Shown here in pieces: positions 32,380 through 41,618 of a stretch of 64,000 nucleotides of DNA. A model generated the notes under the pieces. The model had not been told where the DNA came from. It ran no database searches and worked only from the letters and a program-made list of their open reading frames with translations. Made by a program: the position numbers and the translations under genes. The first letter of the stretch is position 1; each line of letters starts with the position of its first letter. The stretch is from NCBI GenBank assembly GCA_020184695.1, contig JAANOX010000126.1:248001-312000 (forward strand), written 5' to 3'. Source of the DNA: Histomonas meleagridis 2922-C6/04-290x. Its lineage: Eukaryota; Protista; Parabasalia.

Positions 32380-33100
32380 CATCCTTCCATATGTTTCTTG
32401 TACTATATTTCAATAAAAATGAAGCACATTAATATAAGAACATGTTAACCAATTGCTGCTTCTAGTGAACCTTCAAATGTTAAATGATTTTGTTCACATG
32501 TATGAATAATCTATAGGTATTCACCTACAATTGCATATTTTCCATTATTTGTTACATATGCTCCTTTCATATGTAAATATTTAAAACAACTAATTGTTCC
32601 AAAAAATGCTACATAATCAATTAATGTAACATTTTTTGATAAATAAAATCACATCTTTCAAAAAGTGATGGCTCAATGATTTGATTATATTCAAAACTAT
32701 TTTATGATGACATTTCTATTTCATTATTTCTAATTATTTTGGCAATTTCATTTGGATTAGTACATTCTTTGATTAATTGTTTACGAAATTTCCAATTATC
32801 TTCTTTAAGGTTTTCAAGTTTTCTTTTGATTTCAGCAAAACTTTTATTATATTTATATTTTATAAATTCTTCATATTTCATGTAATTTGCAAATATGGAA
32901 CCTTTAGATTTTCAACAACTTTCGTATCTATTATCATTAATCAAATTTATAAATAAACAATATGATTCGTTTGCATCTTATTTTAAAAGTAATTGTAAAT
33001 ACATTAAATATATTTGATTCTAGTGATTATTATCTTCAAATGTTTCGATTTTCTTCATAAAATCAAAATATATTTGAATTTCATGAATATTACAACCCAT
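32380..33100 (-). pseudogene. Decayed DUF3447/ankyrin remnant
   Basis: IDYVAFFGTISCFKYLHMKGAYVTNNGKYAIVGEYL*IIHTCEQNHLTFEGSLEAAIG*H: homologous to locus A, with stops inside conserved sequence. Boundaries approximate. Confidence 0.7.
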
Positions 33101-33348
33101 AACAAACAATGTATGTACATAATTTATTCTTAAAAGATACACGTGTAAAACGCGCTTTATCAAATTGGTTGTTTGAGTTTGCTGTTTGGATAATATTATT
33201 TTTATTCAAGCCAAGAATTATCTTCTTTATTGATAAGGCTGTTTAGCATTTATTGAGTACACCTTTCATTGGGAATTTTTGAAATAAAATTGAAGACAAA
33301 ACGATCAGGCAAGAAATTCTGTAAATTATTGAAATATTTTTGGGAAAA

Positions 33349-34724
33349 ATGGAATCCCAACCAAACGTAATGGAAATTTTCCAAGCATTAAAATCAGATG
33401 ATCTTGATTTCATTAAAAGCTTATATACACTTGATTCGAAAAAAGATCCGATTTTTAGTTATATACCAAATCCATCAATACCTTTGATATTTCGTAATAA
33501 TTCTCCATTATTATCCGTTGCTTCATTTTATGGTTCACATCAATGTATAGATTATTTACTTCAAATTTCATCAACAATAGACATCAAAGATGCATCTAAA
33601 TTTCCGATGACCCCACTTCATTATGCAATTGCTGGTAACAAATTGAAAACAGTTAAACATTTATTATCTCTTCACTCTTCTCCCATTGGTATCTTATACT
33701 TTTCGATTATTTTTGATCGAATCAAAATATTACAATACTCACTTGAAAACCAAATTGAGCCGATAGATTCGAAATTTAATGGGGAAACAGCGTTAAGCAC
33801 ATCACGTGACATCGGCAATAGTTTATTTATTGCCTTATTAATTGCTAATGGAGCCGAAGACGTCGTCAGTATTCAATCGCAACCACTTAAAAACGTCAAC
33901 AAAACAAAAGAAATTGTTGGAATTTATTTCTCTTTTTATTAACATCACTTCATCAGGCAGCTGATTCTGGTGATCTTGAATCATTTCGTAATATTCTTTC
34001 GGAAGGTAAAATCAGTATAAATGCGCTTACATCGAATGGCGACACGCCACTTATGTTTGCTGCACGGAGAGGCTCACTTCCGATTGTTAAATTCATACTT
34101 CAACATGAAGGAGTTGATGTTAACCAAGCGAATAAAGGCGGAATTTTTTTGGTATTTTTAAGACACCTCTACATCTCGCTGCTTTGAGAGCTAAATATGA
34201 TGTTGTTCAGTTCCTTTTGAGTTGCAAAGGAATTAATCCGATAGCTAAAACTATTCATTTTCGTTTTGTTTTTTCGGTGTTTTTTTAATGGTTTTAGAAA
34301 TGCTCTTCATTGTGCTGCAATAAGATGTAAAACAGATATTATTGATTTACTGTTAAATACACATCAATTACATCCGAATCAACAAGATAATAAAATTCGT
34401 TTGGTTGTCTTGGTGATACACCACTTCATATAGCAGTGTATAACGAAAACATTGAAGTTATTCATAGATTCTTAGAAGTGCCAGGTGTGAAATTTAACAT
34501 TAGAAATGTGGTTTGTTTTGTGTGTTTGGTGGAGTTTTTTTGTTGATTTTAGAGCTGCTTTCGATTTATGCTCACATCCTTTTTTAGTACAGTTTAGACC
34601 AAAAATGAACGAAATAATTGCTGAGGCAAGAAAAAGAATTAAACAGATTAAACTTGAAAAAAAGGAGCAAAGAAGGTTGAGAAGAGAACAAATGAATAAG
34701 GAAAAACAAAATGAAAATGTATAA
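33349..34724 (+). CDS. Locus C: ankyrin-repeat gene with five short T-rich inserts (17, 17, 34, 17, 34 nt); 418 aa after their removal
   Basis: ATG at 33349; removing 119 nt from 1376 nt leaves 1257 nt = 419 codons including the stop, with motifs GxTSLHQAA, GDTPLMFAA (uninterrupted), GKTPLHLAA, NALHCAA, KGDTPLHIA, AAFDL. Confidence 0.8.
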
Positions 34725-35276
34725 ATATTTTTTTTATAATAATTTTTTTATTTCTTATTATGTTATACTTTAACATCAAAAATTACTTAAAATGATCGAA
34801 TTTATGAACTTTGATTTTCATTATTCTGAATGAATTAAGTGGGCAGGAAATAAATTTTTAGGTTTATTATTGTATTACTTTTACATTTTTATATATTATT
34901 TTATAAAAACTTTTTTGGAGTAGTGTAAGAAAACTTCTATAAATAAAATTTATCTCAATGAATGGTTTTATTTTTGATAGCAATAATAATTTGTCCTTTC
35001 CAAATATAATTATATATCAAGTATAATATTATAAGAATACAATAGTTTTTTTTGAAAATAATGTTAATTTTTGCCTATTAGATAATATTTATTAATAAAA
35101 ATCCAAATCTTCAAATTATTTTGTTTTTTGAATTTTTTACAAGAACCTAAACGTTAGCGTCACTTTTCCATGTGCCGGCCAAGTGGTTTTATTCAAAATT
35201 GACATGTGTGGCTATTAGGGATAACCGCAACACATATTATCAAAATTGAATGTGAATATCAGTTACATTTTTTCCA

Positions 35277-35990
35277 ATGTCTAATCGCGAATTGAAATTC
35301 TTCATGGCACGCGTTGCCGACCAAGCGGAGCGCTACCAAGATGTTATCAAGTACATTAATGAGATCATTGACATGGGATGCGAATTAAATCCAGATGAAA
35401 GAAATCTTCTTTCAGTTGCTTATAAGGCCCTTACTGGTTCATGCCGTAGCACTCTCCGCACTATTAACGCTTTCCTTGAGGATGACAGTGTTAAGAATGT
35501 CCCAGAAAGAGTTGAAAAGCTTACAGCACTTAAAGAATCCCTTACAAAAGAACTTGACCAATACTGCAAGGATTTGATCGAACTCACTGACTCTAAGCTC
35601 ATCAAAGATAACCAAGATGCTGTTACAAAGGTCTTTTATGAGAAATTAAAGGCCGACTATTACCGCTACTCAGTTGAGTTCAAGGACGAAGCTGACCGTG
35701 CTGAAGGTTCAAATAAGGCAAAGGAAGCATATGAAAAGGCTCTCGAAATCGCCAAGGAGCAATTAAACAAAGCTAACCCAGCATACCTCGGTCTTGCACT
35801 CAACTACTCAGTTTTCCTTTACGAAATCATTGGCAAGAAGCAAGAAGCTATCGACCTTGCAGACGCTGCTTTCAAGGAAGCCGTTGATCTTCTTGATGAA
35901 CTTGATGAAGATGAATATTCCGAAGCCACACTTATTCTTCAACTCCTCAAGGATAACGTAGCATTGTGGGGTGACGAACAAGGACAGTAA
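35277..35990 (+). CDS. 14-3-3 protein
   Basis: ADQAERY, ERNLLSVAYK, FYEKLKADYYRY, LGLALNYSVFLYEI, ATLILQLLKDNVALW. Confidence 0.97.
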   Translation: MSNRELKFFMARVADQAERYQDVIKYINEIIDMGCELNPDERNLLSVAYKALTGSCRSTLRTINAFLEDDSVKNVPERVEKLTALKESLTKELDQYCKDLIELTDSKLIKDNQDAVTKVFYEKLKADYYRYSVEFKDEADRAEGSNKAKEAYEKALEIAKEQLNKANPAYLGLALNYSVFLYEIIGKKQEAIDLADAAFKEAVDLLDELDEDEYSEATLILQLLKDNVALWGDEQGQ

Positions 35991-36283
35991 AACCTTCCTT
36001 CAATAATTTATTCTTTGCCATTGCGTGTCACTTTTTTGATTTCGTTTGTGGTTGGTCAGTTCACTTTTTATCGCATCACAAATCCATTGAAATTACTTTT
36101 TCTATGAAATGGCAAAATTTGATCATCTCACAAAATGGAGTTTTGAGGTGTATAAAGAGTTTGTATCCAATATTTAACTTTATACGAAATGAGCTATCTG
36201 ATAAATTCTGTTTTAAATCTTGAAATAAAATTTTAATAAAAACTATTTTTTACAAGCAAACATAAGTTCAATCAATGAGCTTT

Positions 36284-37789
36284 TCAACTCTTTAATTCGT
36301 TCATTTCTCTCTTTGCTTTCACTATTAAGTGTAACTCCTTTATCAGATCAATCAATATCAACAAAGATGTATATTCGGGTTTCCCTTCATGCCCTTCTTT
36401 TATGCGTGTCACCGCACGCGCAGACTCCGCATTGTTCCACTTCGCTGCAACTTCAGTCAGCTTCGCAAACATTCCGTTTGTGTTAGAACTGTCGAATATG
36501 AAAAATTCGGACTCTTTACAGTTGAGCGATGCAATTGTTGCAAAGAGTTCTGACAATGCCGCGTTAACCTTTGGCGTATTGTTATCGAATTTTCCTAATA
36601 AAAATAGGAGTTCAGATAAATGATTAGAAATTTCAAATTTTGATTGTCCCATTTCGATATGGCTCATGTTCATTAAAACTCTATTCCTTGCTTGTGCTAT
36701 TTCATCATTCGTTACATTCATGGGGAATAATTGTTGATCGAACAATGTGATATAGTCGACGGTTATTGCGACGGTTTGTTGATGCTCGCCAAAAACTGCA
36801 ATCGACTTCTCAACGAGCAATGTTAAGCATCTGAGAGTCAAATAGACAACTCTTTCATTCTCGGAAGTAATAAGCTTTGAAAATTGTGAGGAAAAATGAT
36901 CCACAATTGCAGAAATGAGAACTGATGAATCAAATGTACAAAGAATGTATATGAAGTTGGGTAAGTATAAGGTAGCATTTGAATTGAACCATCTTTGAAG
37001 TACAGATTCATGGAATGAAGCAGCAAAAGTGCTCGAGAAAAGAATTGGCGATATTTTCATAGAAAGATCAACGCACTCGAAAAATTCAATAGTTGCTGAT
37101 TCATATTCCCTTCGGTTGGTACAGTCGTCGATTATAGCAATGATAGTTGATACAAGAGGAGAATAATTGATAATGAAATTAAGAAGTGATGGAATAGATT
37201 TTGAAGCATTGAGGAGTTGAAGAAGTGTGTGCCCCATCTCTGTGTAGTTTGTAACAAGCATTTGTGAAAAATGATGGATTAATGGCGATGATGTATCGGA
37301 CACTAAAAAAAGACGATAATCATCGGGATGATTGGTAACCCATGAAAGGAGCGACCGTATGAGCTTGAAAAATAAGTTAGAGTCATATGGCTGTGTGGTT
37401 TCTAAAAAGGAATTCAATGGATCAATAATAAAACTTTGTGAAAGAAGAGTGGCAAATGGTGGATTTCCAAGAACTGTGAAAAAATGAATTACTTCATTAA
37501 CAAGACCATGTGGAGTATCAGCTTCTGCGAAAGAAATTAATTGTTTGATGATTTGATGCTTTGTAAAAACATCAATTACTTCTTTTGTATCGCCTTTTAA
37601 AATAGAAGCTTTTATAATTTTTAATAAGTTGCATAGATTTAAACGACATAACATAAGTGAATCATGTGAATTTTTTAATGTGCAATCACAAAACTCTCTC
37701 CATATTTTGATAATCAGTTGTTCTTGCGTTTGGGGTCTTGGGCGAGGAGTATTTTTTGGAGTTTTAGAGAAAAAACCCAAGAAATCCAT
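36284..37789 (-). CDS. FHIP/FAM160 (RAI16-like) family protein
   Basis: KHQIIKQLISFAEADTPHGLVNEVIHFFTVL and C-terminal NTPKVNAALSELFATIA resemble conserved FHIP blocks. Confidence 0.6.
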   Translation of the reverse strand: MDFLGFFSKTPKNTPRPRPQTQEQLIIKIWREFCDCTLKNSHDSLMLCRLNLCNLLKIIKASILKGDTKEVIDVFTKHQIIKQLISFAEADTPHGLVNEVIHFFTVLGNPPFATLLSQSFIIDPLNSFLETTQPYDSNLFFKLIRSLLSWVTNHPDDYRLFLVSDTSSPLIHHFSQMLVTNYTEMGHTLLQLLNASKSIPSLLNFIINYSPLVSTIIAIIDDCTNRREYESATIEFFECVDLSMKISPILFSSTFAASFHESVLQRWFNSNATLYLPNFIYILCTFDSSVLISAIVDHFSSQFSKLITSENERVVYLTLRCLTLLVEKSIAVFGEHQQTVAITVDYITLFDQQLFPMNVTNDEIAQARNRVLMNMSHIEMGQSKFEISNHLSELLFLLGKFDNNTPKVNAALSELFATIASLNCKESEFFIFDSSNTNGMFAKLTEVAAKWNNAESARAVTRIKEGHEGKPEYTSLLILIDLIKELHLIVKAKREMNELKS

Positions 37790-38048
37790 TATGTTTTCTT
37801 ATGACTTTAAATTGGCACTTTTTTAACCAGAAAATGCGGTTATGATCGGCAAAAATGTTGGATAAGGATTTCACCGATTCATTTATTAATTCTCAACCAT
37901 GAAAACAATTGTTAGAATATGTCTAATTTTTAGTAACAATTTTTGAATTTTTTTTTTTTTTTGTGTGTCATTAAATTGATCAGATGATACTTAAACAAAT
38001 TCTGCTTCTGGTGACTTAGTACCACTTCATTAACAGCATCTCAAAACT

Positions 38049-38447
38049 CTATTCAAAGAACGTCCAACTATAAATATCTTTCTCTAATGTTAGTTCGATG
38101 GTTTCTTGTGGGAAAAATGAAACTTTTGGTAATTCTGTTTGTATTTGTGTCAGCTCGCTTACCATTTGCTTGATTTTCGAATTATCAGGAAATTTACGAA
38201 AAGACCATTTCTTTGGATCGATATTATTTATTGTGTTGAGGGATCTCTTGTACAAAATGATATTTCTTGGCTTTGAGCTCCATTTTTCTCTAAGAAATGA
38301 TGATTTAATTCTTGACTTTGAAGATTGAAGAATATTACTAAGAGAATTAATATTTATTGCGCAGCATTCTTCGAAAATAATTAGTCCAACAGTCTGAAGA
38401 AATTGCTTACAATTTTTAGTTTTTAAAGAATAATCGATAATATACAT
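38049..38447 (-). CDS. Initiator-binding-domain (IBP39-like IBD) protein; 5' end unresolved
   Basis: QTVGLIIFEECCAININSLSNILQSSKSRIKSSFLREKW resembles the trichomonad IBD; the reading frame stays open about 130 nt further upstream without an ATG. Confidence 0.55.
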   Translation of the reverse strand: MYIIDYSLKTKNCKQFLQTVGLIIFEECCAININSLSNILQSSKSRIKSSFLREKWSSKPRNIILYKRSLNTINNIDPKKWSFRKFPDNSKIKQMVSELTQIQTELPKVSFFPQETIELTLEKDIYSWTFFE

Positions 38448-38737
38448 TATTTCAGATTCAATTGTAGATGGAATTGGAGAATTACCTTTTTCTTTCCGGA
38501 TTAATGAAAAAAATGTTTGAAGACGCTGTAATTCTGGATCAGGTTTCGAAATATTTACTTTGATGGAAAAATATATTATTCACATCACATTTCATTCCAA
38601 AAATGGTAATTGATTGATTTACATAAAAGTGTCAAGAAATGTTATGTGACCATATAGCCAATACTTTCAAAAACGTCTGCCAAAATATTCTATGAACCTG
38701 GTCAATTCGACTTTTTGAGAGTTCATGGCTGCCTTTT

Positions 38738-39160
38738 ATGAAGAGTGTTCAAGTCTTTGGACGCAAGAAGACAGCAACAGCAGTTGCTTACTGCAAGGAA
38801 GGTTCTGGACTTATCAAATTAAATGGTGTACCACTTGGCCTTGTAGGCACTGAAACACTTAAGGCTAAACTTATGGAACCACTCCTCCTTATTGGGGAAG
38901 ATAAATACAAGAATCTTGATATCCGCCTCCGTTGCCATGGTGGTGGTAGTGTTGCTCAAATTTATGCTATTCGTCAAGCCATCGCCAAAGCTGTTGTTGC
39001 ATATTACCAAAAGTATGTTGATGAACAAGCCAAAGATGAAATCAAGAAGGTTCTCTTAGACTACGACCGAACACTCCTTGTTGCAGATCCACGTCGTATG
39101 GAGCCCAAGAAGTTTGGTGGTCAAGGCGCTCGTGTTCGTCGTCAAATGTCATATCGTTAA
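38738..39160 (+). CDS. RPS16: 40S ribosomal protein S16 (uS9)
   Basis: [61 protein letters not shown]. Confidence 0.97.
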   Translation: MKSVQVFGRKKTATAVAYCKEGSGLIKLNGVPLGLVGTETLKAKLMEPLLLIGEDKYKNLDIRLRCHGGGSVAQIYAIRQAIAKAVVAYYQKYVDEQAKDEIKKVLLDYDRTLLVADPRRMEPKKFGGQGARVRRQMSYR

Positions 39161-39385
39161 ATCGCATTTCATTTTAGAATTTTTTCTTTTCTATCTATGC
39201 TCGCCATGAGAGATAATCAGTATGCATAATTTGAAGAAACTCAAAGATTAAAACAGAAAACATAAATCTGAAAGTTCAAAATTGACACCGATTGTGTATG
39301 TAAAATCAGAGATTGACTTTGGTAAAATTTACAAAAATGAATAAAAAACCTTTCCAGAGTGAAGTGATGTTATATTTATTAATAA

Positions 39386-39637
39386 ATGGGCTGTGGCGTA
39401 ACAAAACATAAACAAAATAATATGAAACCTTTAATAATAACAACACCAGTAATAGAAGAAAAACCAAAGAAAGAAGAACATAATATTGATAAAAAATTAA
39501 TCACTTCAGAAAGCGATAAGGAAGAAAATAACATTGGGCTCTTTGATAAAGAAGTTGAAATGATGTTTCATCCTTCGCAATCTTCTTCATCACTGATGGA
39601 AGATGAGTCAAGTTCTTCAACATCTTCTTCATATTGA
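39386..39637 (+). CDS. Small putatively N-myristoylated/palmitoylated acidic protein
   Basis: Starts MGCGVTK (Gly2, Cys3); Glu/Ser-rich tail; 83 aa. Confidence 0.55.
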   Translation: MGCGVTKHKQNNMKPLIITTPVIEEKPKKEEHNIDKKLITSESDKEENNIGLFDKEVEMMFHPSQSSSSLMEDESSSSTSSSY

Positions 39638-40229
39638 AAGATTCGTGAAAATTGATATGAATAAAAATAAATAAATTAATTAATTATAAAACATATGTTT
39701 TTGTGTTGAATAAATTTTGATCTCATATACTTCAATTGGTTTATTAAGAAATAAACCCATAATTAAAATTAAAGGAAAAAAATTCTTTTCACAAAAATGA
39801 AAATATTTTAGCGATGGATCCTTTGATAAACATTCTTAAAGATATTGATTGTAATACAAAATTTTATTTAAAAGATTCAATAAATGCTTTGTTAAGGAAA
39901 TGTTATTTGTTAAGATTGAAACAAATTATAGCTATTCACCTAAATGCATTCTTTCTATATAGAGAGTATATAATAAATTAATGCATCAGTTGAGTTTAGC
40001 GCTATTTTCAGTTATTAAATAACTGTTTTTATTCTTTTGGTCACGCATGAACATCGAATTTTAATGTATGAAATGTTGCTTAACGTGAAAGATTAAAAAA
40101 AAGATGGATAGAATTGGAAAATTGGGGAACTGAAATATTGTGCTTTTTATAGTAAGATTATTTTTGGTTGAGTTAAGTAATTTTATGTTTTGAAAATTTA
40201 TGGTGATTATTAATCTATGTTGTGAATTC

Positions 40230-41290
40230 CGAAGTTCTTTGAACTGAGCTTGTTTTTAGACGCTTTAATAAGTGCATTTTTAAATAACTGAAATCAATAT
40301 CAATTATTTAATTAATATCGTCACAAAGTATGAATTAAGATATTTAGATGATTAATATTAATTCCTTGTTGCTTAACAATCCATTTTACTGTTTCAACGT
40401 AACCTTTATTTAATGCATCTAAAAGTTGTATTAAATAATTGAAATAAATCAAAAAAAAAATTTATGAAATTACTATATTTTAAGCTGAGAATTCCAAACC
40501 TATTTAAATAAAGAAATATAAAAATATCATTTACATGAAATTCAATTGCTATTTCATATGCATCTTTAAATAATGAAAGATTTTGTTCACAAGTGAATGA
40601 TTTCTTCGTTTCCACCTGCACCTGCATGTTTTCCTGTATTTTCTACTTTTGCATTATTTATAAGCAAATATTTAAAACATTTAACTGCTGAAAAAAATGC
40701 TGCATAATCAATTAATGTAACATTTTTTTGATTAATAAAATCACATCTTTCATAAAGCGATGGTTTAATTATTTGATTAAATTCAAATTTTGTTTGTGAA
40801 GATATTTCTTGATGTTTTTCTATTTCATCATTTCGAATGATTTTTGCAATTTCATTAGGGTTAACTCCTTCTTTAATTAATTTCTCGTGTAGTTCCCAAT
40901 CATTCTTTGAGAGTTCTTCATAATTTTCCAAAAAAGTATCACAAAATGAGTCATCATGTATTTCTTTATTATCTTTTTCCTTTTTATAATGTGCATCTTT
41001 TGTCTGTATAAATATTTTGGTAACTTTTTTATCAATTAAAATTTGTTCTATCATTTTATTATTTAAATAAAATGCTTCTTGAGATCCAATTTTTAATATA
41101 TATTCACCAAAAATATCAATAATTTTGTAATTATCTTTATTTAATTAATTGCTTGTGTAGTTCCCAATCATTCTTTGATAGTTCTTCATAATTATTAATA
41201 AAAATCTACTTGTAATTGATGTGTACCTAATAATGCGCAAAATATAATGATTTATTTTCTATTATAATGTGCATCTTTTGTCTGTATAAA
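40230..41290 (-). pseudogene. Locus E: decayed DUF3447/ankyrin gene with a frameshift in the conserved domain, local duplications and one 51-nt insert
   Basis: ORF 40587-41054 (IDYAAFFSAVKCFKYLL, AGGNEEIIHL*) is frameshifted at IIHL-CEQN; ankyrin starts at 40431 and 40278; 38-bp and 30-bp segments duplicated at about 40887/41155 and 40984/41262. Confidence 0.7.
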
Positions 41291-41618
41291 TTTTTTTGGA
41301 TTTGTAACATTTGCTTTCGAATTAATGTTCAATGGGTTTCTATTCGAATGAGTTTTCATGTAGTCATAAAGTTGAATATTTTAGATTAAGCGGCTTAACG
41401 TTTTCATTTTTTAAGCAACCGTTTATCTCAAGATAACATTTTTTATAAAAACGGTTCAAATATTTTAGTAAAAGTCATTAGAATCAATATTATTCAAAAA
41501 AAAATTAAATATATAAGTCTATATGTATTTTATTGAATTTTTTATATGTAGAGCAAATAAAATAATTGGAAAAGTAAGTTACTTTGTTGAGGTCTTCCAT
41601 AGTCACTTTTAAATTTTC

